Position numbers and translations under genes: made by a program. The notes below the pieces were generated by a model. It was not told the origin of the DNA. It ran no database searches and was given only the letters and a program-made list of their open reading frames with translations. A DNA stretch of 64,000 nt. Origin: a bacterium. Lineage in GTDB: Bacteria; Patescibacteriota; Minisyncoccia; Phycocordibacterales; CAIZLB01. Positions 28,233-39,321 of the stretch are shown here, piece by piece. Within the stretch, counting starts at the first letter, position 1; the number at the start of each line of letters is the position of its first letter. The DNA is taken from NCBI GenBank assembly GCA_037127815.1, contig JBAXXP010000001.1:104174-168173 (forward strand). The letters are read 5' to 3'.

Positions 28233-28766
28233 CTATCTTAATATATAGGAATTATAAAAATTCTCTGACAGATATTGATCGGAACTTGTTCCATTATCTA
28301 TCGTCATCTCAACCTTGAAACCATTAAATGTTGATGTAGACATGTTTCTAAAGGTAAGGTTTGTAACCCTTACATCAGACAGACTTAAAGGTCCTACATA
28401 AATATTATTTTGGTCAAGAAAAACCTGATTGTTTAATAAATAAATTTTTGTTGTAGTGGAATGTCCAGCACCATCATAAGCTATCAAGGAAATTGATCCA
28501 GTGGCATTATCAAATTTTGTATTCACAATGTCTATTGCAGAAGCACTATTCACCTGATTTTCAAAGGCAGCAACAACACCTACAGCACTCCTTTCTATAT
28601 CCCTAGAGCTTTTTGAAATTAGATATGTTCTTGAGGCTGAGTCAATCAAGCTCAGTAAGGTAAAAAGCAAAACGGTCATTAGACTTATGTATATAACAGT
28701 CTCCATCAAGGAAAAACCTGATTGTTTATTATTCATGTTTTTATTCATGTGATAGTTGGAATACAT
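28233..28766 (-). CDS. type IV minor pilin (PilW-like)
   Basis: G^FSLME prepilin site. Confidence 0.85.
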   Translation of the reverse strand: MYSNYHMNKNMNNKQSGFSLMETVIYISLMTVLLFTLLSLIDSASRTYLISKSSRDIERSAVGVVAAFENQVNSASAIDIVNTKFDNATGSISLIAYDGAGHSTTTKIYLLNNQVFLDQNNIYVGPLSLSDVRVTNLTFRNMSTSTFNGFKVEMTIDNGTSSDQYLSENFYNSYILR

Positions 28767-28767
28767 T

Positions 28768-29316
28768 TTATTTATTATATATATTGTGAATATATGAAGT
28801 TAACGACCTTGTGGATGTTGCTCCATTTTCCTGCCACGAAACGCTTACAACATATCCTCTAGTGTCTGTATCCGGCACACCTCCCGAGTCTACAATATTA
28901 AAACTAGCAATATCTCTATTAATTGGTGTAAAAACTACAGTTCTGGTAAATTTATTATCTACCAGCGATATGGTTGTGGTAGCTTGCCAATTTTTATTAC
29001 TCTGATTCCAATATAATCCGTATAAAGTATTATTGCTTAACACTCCTATGTTTTGCCATGAGGCATTTCTCATACTATTAATTGCTGTAACGCCTTCTTC
29101 AGCAAGCATTCCAGCTTGAACTCTTTGTGTAGATCCAAAGCCCAACTTACTTATTCCTGTTTCTAGATTTATAATCAAAATTAAAGATAGACAAATTATA
29201 CTTGAGCCAATTAGTATTTCAGCAAGACTAAAACCTCTATTAAGGTTTGTATGACTAGTACAACTAGTCATATCATGCTTCTTTGATCTAAATTTTAATT
29301 GTTTTTTTAAAAACAT
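28768..29316 (-). CDS. type IV minor pilin (PilV-like)
   Basis: G^FSLAE, A..LAEEG, V.VSW. Confidence 0.85.
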   Translation of the reverse strand: MFLKKQLKFRSKKHDMTSCTSHTNLNRGFSLAEILIGSSIICLSLILIINLETGISKLGFGSTQRVQAGMLAEEGVTAINSMRNASWQNIGVLSNNTLYGLYWNQSNKNWQATTTISLVDNKFTRTVVFTPINRDIASFNIVDSGGVPDTDTRGYVVSVSWQENGATSTRSLTSYIHNIYNK

Positions 29317-29328
29317 ACCTATTTTTTA

Positions 29329-29799
29329 TTACTTAGCTTCAATTATACCAGTTCCTGAAATTGTTATTGTTTTTGAATATGACGGTGTACCAACAACAAT
29401 AGTGCCGGTTGCATTTGGTGCTCCAGTAATCTTTGCAAAGTCTACTTCATTTTTATGTGACGAAAGATTCACACTTGAAATCTTTATATCAGTTTCCAAT
29501 TCGTATGTCAGTATGTTGTTTCCACCAGCTTTTGTAACGCCAGAAAACATAATTACAGTTGAGGATGAAAAAGATACCCCATAAGACGAATCATTTTTTC
29601 TATTAAGGGACATGTTTTTAGTCTTTTCTATTGTTGAAACGACTGAATCAACATCCTTTTCTATAGCCTTCTTTTCTCTAATATTAAAATAAACTTTTGC
29701 TGAAATACCGGAGATTATAGCGATCAAAGCAATAACAATAATCATTTCCATTAATGTAAAACCAATATTTTTAGTTGTTTTTTTATTTACAGTATCCAT
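29329..29799 (-). CDS. type IV minor pilin (FimU/GspH-like)
   Basis: G^FTLME prepilin site. Confidence 0.85.
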   Translation of the reverse strand: MDTVNKKTTKNIGFTLMEMIIVIALIAIISGISAKVYFNIREKKAIEKDVDSVVSTIEKTKNMSLNRKNDSSYGVSFSSSTVIMFSGVTKAGGNNILTYELETDIKISSVNLSSHKNEVDFAKITGAPNATGTIVVGTPSYSKTITISGTGIIEAK

Positions 29800-29802
29800 A
29801 GT

Positions 29803-31014
29803 TTATATATTATTCATCACAGAATACATTGGAGTAATCATTGAAATAGCAAAGAACCCAACAGCAGCACCAATAAATACCATAAGGACTGGCTCAATAA
29901 TTGTGGACAAATCTTTTGTTTTTTGATCAACCTCATTTTCATAAAACGTTGCAACCCCAATTAGCATTGTAGAGAGTTTACCAGTTTCTTCTCCTACACT
30001 AATCATTTCAGTGACAAAAGCGGGGAATATTTTACCCTCCTCTTCAAACACAACAGACATGGGCTCCCCTTTTGTAACAACTATTTCTAGTTTCTTTAGA
30101 GCTCGTTTATAATTGCTGTTTTGTAAAACTTCTCCAGTAATTTTAACAGCGGTTATCATATCCACCCCAGCTGATAGTAAAGAAGACAATGTTCTCGCCG
30201 TTCTTGCGGAATTACTTTCAATTACAATTTGCGAAATCACCGGGATCCTTAGAACAGCATCGTCCAACACCTTCTTTCCCAGTGAGGTTTTGAAAAAATA
30301 ATAAGTTCCCATAAAAAAGACAACTAGCCCGACAAAAGAAAGTATAATATTTGTTGAAAGAAAATCACTTACAGCGATAATAAATTTTGTACTACCAGGT
30401 AGCTCTGTTTTTAAATCTTTAAATGTCTTAGTAAGTCTAGGGACAACATATATCATCATCATAAAACCAACTATTATCATAACCATGAATATTATAGCTG
30501 GATACATCATCGCTCCTTTAATTTTCTTTTGCAAAAGATAGGTCTTCTCCATTTGTATAGACACATCTTTTAGTGATTGAGATAAATTACCAGACTCCTC
30601 TCCTGATTTAACCATAGAAACAAATATGGAGGGGAATATTTTTGGATATTCAGACAAGGCCTCATTAAAAGTCTTACCGCCAGAAATAGAAACATTTAGG
30701 TTTCTAAAAATTTCCTTTAGTTTTGTGTTTGGCGTTTGCTTCTCAGAAACACTGAGTGCACGGGAAAGAGGCAGACCAGCTTCAAGCATATTAGAGGTAT
30801 TTCTCGCAAAATTTATTTTATCGATATTTTTAATGCTAGAAAATAAACTGAACCCCCTTTTGTTACCACCACCTTTAACTTTTTCTTCCTTTACAGAAAC
30901 TAGCGTTTCAGATCTCTTTCTAAACTCCTCAAAAAAAGCAGACTTATTTTGAGCCTCTATATCACCACTATATTTTTTGTTCTGACTATTGATTGCTGTA
31001 AAATGATATTTCAT
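29803..31014 (-). CDS. pilC: type IV pilus platform protein PilC/GspF
   Basis: GEESGNL, AMMYP, GEETGKL, IEP. Confidence 0.95.
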   Translation of the reverse strand: MKYHFTAINSQNKKYSGDIEAQNKSAFFEEFRKRSETLVSVKEEKVKGGGNKRGFSLFSSIKNIDKINFARNTSNMLEAGLPLSRALSVSEKQTPNTKLKEIFRNLNVSISGGKTFNEALSEYPKIFPSIFVSMVKSGEESGNLSQSLKDVSIQMEKTYLLQKKIKGAMMYPAIIFMVMIIVGFMMMIYVVPRLTKTFKDLKTELPGSTKFIIAVSDFLSTNIILSFVGLVVFFMGTYYFFKTSLGKKVLDDAVLRIPVISQIVIESNSARTARTLSSLLSAGVDMITAVKITGEVLQNSNYKRALKKLEIVVTKGEPMSVVFEEEGKIFPAFVTEMISVGEETGKLSTMLIGVATFYENEVDQKTKDLSTIIEPVLMVFIGAAVGFFAISMITPMYSVMNNI

Positions 31015-31058
31015 ATTTTATTGATGGAAACCCTACCTACCCCTCAACTTCTATATAT

Positions 31059-32843
31059 TTACTCTGATGATGCAACCCTAAGTATTTCCTCTACAGAAGT
31101 CCTTCCTTGTACTGCTTTAAATATACCATCTTCAAACATAGTAAGCATCCCTTCTTTTCTTGCTTGTTCTTGTATTTGATCAGATCCCGTTCCTTTCATT
31201 ATCATTTCCTTTATTGTAGAAGTAACCTTAAGAACCTCGTGAATACCAATTCTACCCTTGTATCCGTCTTCACTCTCTTGATCTGCGACGGGTTTATAAA
31301 AATATATATTTGACCAATCTGCAGTATCGGCAACAATGTGTTCCTCCTTTAAACATGTCAAAACTTTATCTAGATCTGTATATCTTCTTAAAGAATCCAA
31401 TTGTTCTTTGTTTAAAATATACTTTTCTTTAGATACCCCCAACTCCCTAACAAGTCTCTGTGCAATTATTATCTTTAGAGTTGAAACAAGAAGAAACGGC
31501 TCGCATTTCATATCAATTAAACGAGGAATCGCGCCAGCAGCAGAGTTAGTGTGAAGTGTTGATAACACCAAGTGACCAGTTAGGGATGCGTTTATAGCCA
31601 ATGAAGCTGTTTCATTATCTCTAATTTCTCCCACCATTATAATATTTGGATCCTGTCTCAAAAGAGATCTGAGTCCAGAAGCAAAAGTTAGGCCAATTTC
31701 TGGTTTAACCTGAGTTTGATTAACTCTATTCATTTGATATTCAACGGGGTCTTCAATTGTAGAAATATTTACATCCGGTTGATTTAAAATATCCAATAAT
31801 GTGTACAGTGTCGTCGTCTTACCAGATCCAGTTGGTCCTGTTGTTAAAATTAACCCCTCTGAATACTTACAAGCCTCATGAATCAATTCCAAATCTTTTC
31901 CATGGAATCCTAAGTGTTCAAGTGTGAAACCTGTCATATTCTCTCTGAGTAACCTCATAACAGTCTTCTCTCCATAATATGTAGGTAAAACAGAAACACG
32001 AAATGAAACATTTTCTCCGCTTGATTCGATTTTAAATCGCCCATCCTGTGGAAGTCTCTTCTCATCCAGTTTAAGACTGGCTAAAACCTTAATTCTAGCC
32101 GTTATGCTTGGGCCAATATTCTTAGGTAGTACCATTGCATCATGAAGAATTCCATCAATTCTATACCTAATAACTACATCATTCTCCATTTGCTCTATAT
32201 GAATGTCAGATGCACCCTGAAGAATAGCGTGTTTTAACAAGGTATCAACTATTCTAACAACAGGCAGGTCCTCTGCTAGTTTTTTTAACTCTTCACCACT
32301 GGTTTCATCGGCTTTTGGGGCTCCGGGTACAATACCACCGATATTGATTCCTTTTAAACCCTTAAGTGAGGATACTTCTTGTTGAATAATATCCCCAAAA
32401 TCAGCCTTTAGACTTTTTTGATACTGAATTAAGGCCGACTTCATTGACTCTGTTGTCGTCAACCTTGGTAAAATCTTTAAACCAGTCTTCTTTTTAACAA
32501 AATCTATAGCGGAAAAATCTGTAGTATCAAGCATTGCAACCTCTAGAGAATCATCTCTTTTTCTAAAAGCGATGATATTATGTTTTCTAGCAATAGGCTC
32601 AGGGATTAAAGAAAGAATGCTAAACTCCAGTTTTTCACTACTAATATCAATAAAAGGGATACCCAAGATGTATGACTGCATTCTTCTGTAATCATCAGCG
32701 GATATCTTACCCTCAGTAACCAATACCTCACCTAGGGGAATTCCCTCTTTCAAGGATTTTTGTTCAATTTCATTCAATTCAGAACTTGCAACAAGTCCTG
32801 AATCAATAACAAGCTTTTTAAGCTGATTAGGGTCAATAATCAT
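31059..32843 (-). CDS. pilB: type IV pilus assembly ATPase PilB/GspE
   Basis: ASDIHIE, PQDGR, GPTGSGKTTT, LRQDP.IIMVGEIRD, TGHLV.STLH. Confidence 0.96.
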   Translation of the reverse strand: MIIDPNQLKKLVIDSGLVASSELNEIEQKSLKEGIPLGEVLVTEGKISADDYRRMQSYILGIPFIDISSEKLEFSILSLIPEPIARKHNIIAFRKRDDSLEVAMLDTTDFSAIDFVKKKTGLKILPRLTTTESMKSALIQYQKSLKADFGDIIQQEVSSLKGLKGINIGGIVPGAPKADETSGEELKKLAEDLPVVRIVDTLLKHAILQGASDIHIEQMENDVVIRYRIDGILHDAMVLPKNIGPSITARIKVLASLKLDEKRLPQDGRFKIESSGENVSFRVSVLPTYYGEKTVMRLLRENMTGFTLEHLGFHGKDLELIHEACKYSEGLILTTGPTGSGKTTTLYTLLDILNQPDVNISTIEDPVEYQMNRVNQTQVKPEIGLTFASGLRSLLRQDPNIIMVGEIRDNETASLAINASLTGHLVLSTLHTNSAAGAIPRLIDMKCEPFLLVSTLKIIIAQRLVRELGVSKEKYILNKEQLDSLRRYTDLDKVLTCLKEEHIVADTADWSNIYFYKPVADQESEDGYKGRIGIHEVLKVTSTIKEMIMKGTGSDQIQEQARKEGMLTMFEDGIFKAVQGRTSVEEILRVASSE

Positions 32844-32946
32844 TTGTGTAAATTATATCATGCAACCTATTTTAATTCTATAAATAATTAATACTTTTTT
32901 GTGTACAAAAAATAATTTTCTTAAATAAAATAATAATAAATTAATA

Positions 32947-34797
32947 TTATATATTTGTTTCGAACGATTTCTTTTGTAACTCGAAAAGGTTCTTGTATAT
33001 ACCACCTTTAATTTTCATTAACTTTGCATGACTATCAAACTCCTTCAATTCTCCATCCTCAATAACCATAATTCTGTCTGCGTTTTTAACAGTATTAAAT
33101 CTATGGGAAATTAAGATAACAGTTTTATCAGCTGGCAAGTTCTCCAGCTCTTGGAATATTTCCATTTCTGCAATTGAATCAATCGAAGCTGTAGGTTCAT
33201 CAAGAATCCAGATTTGTGGATTCTTATAGAACATCCTAGCGAGAGCAAGTTTTTGCCATTGACCAACGGAAGGTTCTACTCCATTATCAAACTCTTTTCC
33301 TAAATGAGTTTCGTACCCAAATTCCCAAGCAGAAATAAATTCATGCGCTCCAGATCTTTTTGCTGAATCAATCACCCTATCTAAATCTAATGGAATGCTA
33401 GTATCACCCAAAGCTATAGCTTCTTTAACTGGTAATTTATAATGCGCATAATTTTGCGATAAAAAACCTAGTTTTTTATAATAACTAGACAGATCAATCT
33501 CGTCTATATTTTTTCCATTAATCAAGATTAGCCCTTCTGTAACATCATAAAATCTCATTATCAATTTTGTTAATGTTGTTTTTCCAGCACCATTAACTCC
33601 AACAATTGCAATTTTTTCCCCTGCTCTAATTTTAAAATCAAAACCACTTAAAATGTTTGTTTTCGTATTTGGGTAGGTGAAAGAAACATTTGAAAATTCT
33701 ATCTCCGGAGTTTCTTCATTAAGTTTTATGTGTCCATTTTTAACAGCCTTCTCTGTACCTAGAAATTTAAAAGTATCATTTATAAAATTATTATTGCTAA
33801 CCAGAATTGCAAAACCTCTAAAGATAGTAGAGAGTGAGTCTCTGATATCTGTCATTCTACCTATAAGGAAAATGAAGGTACCCACCTCTAGTGTCTTATC
33901 CACGACACCACCCATTAAATTGAATACAATTACAGCCATAGCAACCACCTGAATAAGAACCGTTACATTTGTGTACTTAGATCTCCTTGCTTCATTACCA
34001 TTTATTTCATTATTAAATGTACTCAATAGTCCGCCAATTATATTCTTGAAATAATCTTTAGTCTTGAATATTTTTATCTCAGTTAATGTAGGGACATCAG
34101 AAAAGTACCACGCCAACATATGATACTTACGCTTAATTTCAGCTTTTGCATCCCATATACCATAAGCTCTTTCCCCAAATTTAATTTGTAAAAGAAGATT
34201 TGGAATAATTGCAATAATCATCAGTGGGGCATACCACCATTTGAAGTAAAATAACACAAAAACAACTGAAAAAAGAGTTATGAATTTACTGAACATAAAG
34301 AATCCCCAATCACAAAAACGAACTGTCTTATCAATATTCTCATCTACTCTAGACATTAGATTATTAAAATCTGGATTTTCAAAAGTTTGAACATCTATCT
34401 CATTTTTCTTTTCTATAAATACGAGATTAATGTATTGGGCAAAAAAAACATTAAATTTGGCGTCTATATAGTCGTACCAAACATCTGCTAATTCAATAAA
34501 TAAAGGTATGGACAGGTAGACACAAACAATCCCAATTAGAGTTGGATCAAAAAGTGTTGTTAAATTACCAGAGGTTATTTTGTTTATAAACAAAGCAGCA
34601 AACCACGATAAAACAATAGGTAAAACTGCTGAAATAGTTAGTAACCCAATTTCAATCGGTATAAATTTCTTATCAAATACCCACACAAGTTTTAATACTT
34701 TGTAAAAATTTACGATTACAGAGGTACTCTTTGGTTTCTTTTCTCTATCCTTACTGGATTTATTATTTTTTTCGACGGTATTAGTATTTGATGTCAT
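32947..34797 (-). CDS. ABC exporter, fused TMD-NBD
   Basis: TM helices, GVNGAGKT, PSVGQWQK signature variant, ILDEPT, SHR. Confidence 0.93.
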   Translation of the reverse strand: MTSNTNTVEKNNKSSKDREKKPKSTSVIVNFYKVLKLVWVFDKKFIPIEIGLLTISAVLPIVLSWFAALFINKITSGNLTTLFDPTLIGIVCVYLSIPLFIELADVWYDYIDAKFNVFFAQYINLVFIEKKNEIDVQTFENPDFNNLMSRVDENIDKTVRFCDWGFFMFSKFITLFSVVFVLFYFKWWYAPLMIIAIIPNLLLQIKFGERAYGIWDAKAEIKRKYHMLAWYFSDVPTLTEIKIFKTKDYFKNIIGGLLSTFNNEINGNEARRSKYTNVTVLIQVVAMAVIVFNLMGGVVDKTLEVGTFIFLIGRMTDIRDSLSTIFRGFAILVSNNNFINDTFKFLGTEKAVKNGHIKLNEETPEIEFSNVSFTYPNTKTNILSGFDFKIRAGEKIAIVGVNGAGKTTLTKLIMRFYDVTEGLILINGKNIDEIDLSSYYKKLGFLSQNYAHYKLPVKEAIALGDTSIPLDLDRVIDSAKRSGAHEFISAWEFGYETHLGKEFDNGVEPSVGQWQKLALARMFYKNPQIWILDEPTASIDSIAEMEIFQELENLPADKTVILISHRFNTVKNADRIMVIEDGELKEFDSHAKLMKIKGGIYKNLFELQKKSFETNI

Positions 34798-35155
34798 GAA
34801 TATTATGTCGTTTATATAGGCCTTATATTACAATTATTAGCCCTGAATTCTTATTTTATCCTTTGTTGGAATATCTTCGTGCCCAACCTCAATAATAGCT
34901 ACGGGCTTTACTGGTTATTGCCACTTTCTTCAAGTTGCATGAGTTTTTCTGTTGAAGATACTTATGTTGAAAATATTAGCATTTTTTTGACCTATTTACC
35001 AAAAGATGATATATTAATGAGGTCTCAAGTTATGTTCGCCCAAAAGGCGGGCTAATTTTTTTCCCAAGACTATCAAGAGCCCAAATATACGGCCATAAAT
35101 ATAGTTTATTATAAAGGAGACACTGCCACTAACAATTAAATAACAACTAAATATT

Positions 35156-36421
35156 ATGTTTGATCTAAAAGTAATTCATTCCGTCCTTGACCAATTAGAA
35201 GAAGAGCGCGGAATTCCAAGAGAAAAAATCCTAGAAGCTATAGAATTAGCCCTAGCAACAGCCTATAAGAAGGAATATGGAAGAAAAGGCCAATATATAA
35301 GAGCAATTTTCGATTTAAATACAGGAAACGTAGAATTCTGTCAGGTAAAAACAGCTGTTGACCCGGAAACAACCATTTTTCCAAATGAAGATGGGACCCT
35401 ACCAGAGTCAGCTTATGAAACAAATGAAGATGGTGAGGAACGTACAATTTTCAATGACGAGCAACACATTCCATTGGATATTGCTAGAAAAATCAAAAAA
35501 GACATTCAAGTTGGTGAGGAACTAGTTTTTCCACTTGAAACTAAGGCAGATTATGGAAGAATCGCAGCTCAAACTGCAAAACAAGTGATTATTCAGAAGA
35601 TTAGAGAGGCAGAAAAGATTTCTGTACTTAATGAATTCGGAAAAAAGGAAGGTGAAATTGTATCAGGAACAGTAGAAAGAAGTGAAAGAGGTACAGTTTT
35701 CATAAATATGGGGCGTGCTATAGGTATTCTTCCATATGATGAGCAAATTCCAGGAGAACATTACAATCAAGGAGAAAGAATCAGAGCCTGTTTGATGCGT
35801 GTTGAGGAAACTCCAAGAGGTATCTTCCTTAGACTTTCTCGTGCTACACCTCAATTTTTAGCAGAATTATTCAAAATAGAAGTACCTGAGATAGGAGCCG
35901 GAACAGTTGAAGTAAAAGCTGTTGCCAGAGAAGCCGGAGCAAGATCTAAGATTGCAGTCACTGCGACAGATTCACATATTGACCCAATTGGATCAATGGT
36001 TGGACAACGTGGAGTTAGAGTAAATACAGTTATGAGCGAACTAGGAGGTGAGAAAATCGATATTATTGACTGGTCTGAGAATCCGGCTGAATTCATAGAA
36101 TCAGCCCTATCTCCAGCAAAAGTAGTAAACATAACACTTAATGAAGTAGATAAGACAGCAACAGTTGAAGTAACGGAGGATCAACAATCACTAGCTATTG
36201 GGAAAAGTGGTCAAAATGCAAGACTTGCTGCCAGATTAACAGGGTGGAGAATTAATATTCAAGCCGTTAAAGGTGATGAGGGGGCTGAAAATGAAGAAGC
36301 TGCTGATCTAAAGGCAGAAAAAGAGGAAGTAATTAATGAAGCAGATGTTGCAAAATTAATTGCAGACGGCGTACTTACAGAAGAAAAGACTGAGGAAGAG
36401 TCAGTTCTGGGAACAGAATAA
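35156..36421 (+). CDS. nusA: transcription factor NusA
   Basis: GRIAAQTAKQ, AREAG.RSKIAV, AIGKSGQNARLA. Confidence 0.98.
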   Translation: MFDLKVIHSVLDQLEEERGIPREKILEAIELALATAYKKEYGRKGQYIRAIFDLNTGNVEFCQVKTAVDPETTIFPNEDGTLPESAYETNEDGEERTIFNDEQHIPLDIARKIKKDIQVGEELVFPLETKADYGRIAAQTAKQVIIQKIREAEKISVLNEFGKKEGEIVSGTVERSERGTVFINMGRAIGILPYDEQIPGEHYNQGERIRACLMRVEETPRGIFLRLSRATPQFLAELFKIEVPEIGAGTVEVKAVAREAGARSKIAVTATDSHIDPIGSMVGQRGVRVNTVMSELGGEKIDIIDWSENPAEFIESALSPAKVVNITLNEVDKTATVEVTEDQQSLAIGKSGQNARLAARLTGWRINIQAVKGDEGAENEEAADLKAEKEEVINEADVAKLIADGVLTEEKTEEESVLGTE

Positions 36422-36531
36422 TCTAAGACTCCGACGGAAACATAATTTGACCAAAACAATACAGACCCTTGGGGTGGAGGCTGTTTGACGACATATATTA
36501 GACGAATAACAATTACAAAATTAAAATAAGT

Positions 36532-37080
36532 ATGATGACAAGAATGAATTTATGGCACGACATAGAGCCTGGAACAGCTGATGAGATAGTTACAATTATC
36601 GAAATCAACAAAGGCTCAAAGAATAAATATGAAATAGACAAAAAAACAGGTCTAATTTCTTTAGACAGGGTTGGTTATACAACTCAAGACTATCCATTTG
36701 ACTATGGGTTTGTTCCACAGACCCTCTGGGATGATGGTGACCCACTTGATACAGTAATATTAACGACACACGCGCTTATGCCAGGAATAATGACACGTAT
36801 TCGTCCTGTTGCAATCATAAACATGATTGATGATGGTGATTCAGATGCAAAAATTGTTGCAGTTCCTGTTGGAGACCCGCGATGGAATAATGTAAATGAT
36901 TTATCTGATATAAATCCACACACCATTGAGGAAATTGAACACTTCTTTCTAACATACAAACTTATGCAAAATAAGGTTGTAACGATCGATAGTATTGAGG
37001 GCGCACAGAAAGCAAGGGATGCATTTGAGAGAGCGAAGAAACTTTATCAAGAAAAGTTTGGAAATAGCGAGTCAAAATAA
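36532..37080 (+). CDS. ppa: family I inorganic pyrophosphatase
   Basis: KYEIDK, YGFVPQT, DGDPLD. Confidence 0.97.
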   Translation: MMTRMNLWHDIEPGTADEIVTIIEINKGSKNKYEIDKKTGLISLDRVGYTTQDYPFDYGFVPQTLWDDGDPLDTVILTTHALMPGIMTRIRPVAIINMIDDGDSDAKIVAVPVGDPRWNNVNDLSDINPHTIEEIEHFFLTYKLMQNKVVTIDSIEGAQKARDAFERAKKLYQEKFGNSESK

Positions 37081-37107
37081 ATTAATCAGCCAAAATAAAA
37101 AAACAAC

Positions 37108-38157
37108 ATGCCTTTTACAATCACAAATAAACAAAAACTTCCAAATTCAGAATTTGAAATTACTGGGGAACTTAAAGCCGAAACGGTTTCTGGCTTTCGC
37201 GAACAAGCTTTAAAGAGCTTTAATGGAGAGACAAAGGTTTCTGGATTCAGACCAGGTCATATTCCAGAGAAATTATTAATTGATAAGTTTGGAGAATTAG
37301 CAATAACAGAAGAGGCTGGAAGACTAGCTCTTGAGCATCATTACGGAGAGATAATTCAATCTCTTGATATCAAGGCTGTTGGATCTCCTGCTGTAACAAT
37401 AACTAAGGTTGCGCCAAATGAAGCTTTTGGATTTAAAATAAAAACAGCCTTAATGCCTGAGGTTAAGATTGGAGATTATAAAAAAGCAGCAAGTAAAATA
37501 ATGGCGGAGAAAGTAGAAGTTAAGGTGACGGACAAAGAAGTCGATGATTCAGTAGAGGAATTAAGAAAGCAAGTTGCACATGAAGAACATCATGCACAAA
37601 ACCCAGAGGATCATGGGCACGATCATGGCGACCTAGCGCTTCCTGAAGTAAATGAGGATTTTATAAAGAAATTTGGAGACTTAAAGAGTGTAGAGGAATT
37701 TAAGGAGAAAGTTAAAGAAGGAATAACTGCTGAAAAAACTCGCAAAGAGAAGGACAAGAAAAGATTAATGATAATGGAGGAGCTGATTAAGAATTCTACT
37801 ATTGATATGCCTCAAATGCTTATCGATTCAGAATTAGACAAAATGGTTGCAGAAATGTCATCAAACATTTCTCAAATGGGTCTATCTATTGAGGATTATC
37901 TTAAGCATGTTGGAAAGACAATTGAGGATATGAAGAAGGAATGGACACCAGATGCAGAAAAAAGAGCAAAGACACAATTGTTACTTAATAAAATTGCTAT
38001 CGATGAAAAAATAGAAGTTTCAGAAGATGCAATTAAAAAGGAAGTTGATGCATTACTTAATTACTACAAGGATGCAGACCGTGTCAGAGCAACAATTTAC
38101 ATTGAAACAGTGATGCTAAATGAAGCTGTTTGGAAATTCTTGGAGGAGGTTAAATAA
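37108..38157 (+). CDS. tig: trigger factor lacking the PPIase domain
   Basis: GFRPGH.P ribosome-binding motif plus C-terminal domain; only 349 aa. Confidence 0.92.
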   Translation: MPFTITNKQKLPNSEFEITGELKAETVSGFREQALKSFNGETKVSGFRPGHIPEKLLIDKFGELAITEEAGRLALEHHYGEIIQSLDIKAVGSPAVTITKVAPNEAFGFKIKTALMPEVKIGDYKKAASKIMAEKVEVKVTDKEVDDSVEELRKQVAHEEHHAQNPEDHGHDHGDLALPEVNEDFIKKFGDLKSVEEFKEKVKEGITAEKTRKEKDKKRLMIMEELIKNSTIDMPQMLIDSELDKMVAEMSSNISQMGLSIEDYLKHVGKTIEDMKKEWTPDAEKRAKTQLLLNKIAIDEKIEVSEDAIKKEVDALLNYYKDADRVRATIYIETVMLNEAVWKFLEEVK

Positions 38158-38166
38158 AATACTTTT

Positions 38167-38205
38167 AAAAACACGCGCGACCAGAGACTGGCCGCGCGTG
38201 TTTTT
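38167..38205. terminator. bidirectional terminator tig/rsmE
   Basis: AAAAACACGCGCG...CGCGCGTGTTTTT. Confidence 0.85.
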
Positions 38206-38247
38206 GTATACAAATAAAGAATTACAATATACAAACTTCCTTTAAAA

Positions 38248-39099
38248 CTAGTTATTAACCAACGCAAGCAAAGCAATAGCCGCTGTCTCTGCCCTTAAAA
38301 CATTCTGACTAAATTTAATAGATTTAATTTTTGAATCCTCAAACAACTTAATTTCTTTTGGAGACCACCCCCCTTCTGGACCAATCAAAAATACTAGGTC
38401 TGTATATGAACTCTTCTTCTTAAGGACTTCGTTTAGATTTGAACCATTTTGATTACAAACAAAAGCTCCAACCTTCTTATTATCTATTAGACCCAGCTCT
38501 TTGATTGCCTCAGTAAGCTTTTTTATAGGGTGCATTACAGGCACATCACTTCTTCCACATTGTTCAGATGCCTCAACCAATATTCTTTGAGACCTAGTCA
38601 TATTTAAATCCTTCTTGATTGTTCTGTCTGTAACAATAGGAACGATTTGAGAAACACCAAGTTCTGTTGCTTTTTGAAGAACCAAATCAAAATTATCATT
38701 CTTAATTAATGACATCAACAGTGTTATCGAAGTCTTTGACAGCTGATTATTAGACGTAGAAGTATTTTCATCTTTTTCCACGACTTTGCCAACTGAATTA
38801 CCAGTCTTTGATATTTTTTTTCTAATATCTGCTTTTATATCCTTATTTGGAGCAACATCCTCAGTATTCTCTACTTTAGTTATCTCCAAAACCCTAAGAA
38901 CAGCCTCACTATTATCTAATTTTTCAATAATGCATAGATAATCATATCCTGAACCATCAAAAAGTATTACCCTACTACCTGTAATATATCTAAAAACCTT
39001 CTTCCATTGGCTTAAAACAGGCTCATATTCAAAAGCTCTTAAAACTACCCTTTCCTTTGCGTCAATCTTATCTTTTATAAAAAATCTATGAAATCTCAT
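38248..39099 (-). CDS. rsmE: 16S rRNA m3U1498 methyltransferase
   Basis: QKATELGV, EASEQCGR, IGPEGG, LRAETAA. Confidence 0.96.
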   Translation of the reverse strand: MRFHRFFIKDKIDAKERVVLRAFEYEPVLSQWKKVFRYITGSRVILFDGSGYDYLCIIEKLDNSEAVLRVLEITKVENTEDVAPNKDIKADIRKKISKTGNSVGKVVEKDENTSTSNNQLSKTSITLLMSLIKNDNFDLVLQKATELGVSQIVPIVTDRTIKKDLNMTRSQRILVEASEQCGRSDVPVMHPIKKLTEAIKELGLIDNKKVGAFVCNQNGSNLNEVLKKKSSYTDLVFLIGPEGGWSPKEIKLFEDSKIKSIKFSQNVLRAETAAIALLALVNN

Positions 39100-39321
39100 A
39101 TTAAATTATGTTAATTGTACTTAAAATTTTAGTTTATTTTCAAATTATACGCTGTTTGATTTTTCTTAAAATTAAGCGTATTCTTTGAACCATACAGACA
39201 TCCAGACAAAGCCCTAGATCAATAATTTTGAACCTACTGTGGATAACTCCACAAAAGTACCAAAACCATGACAAATCCAAAACTCAGATAAACCCACTAT
39301 TATATATAATACACTTTGAAC

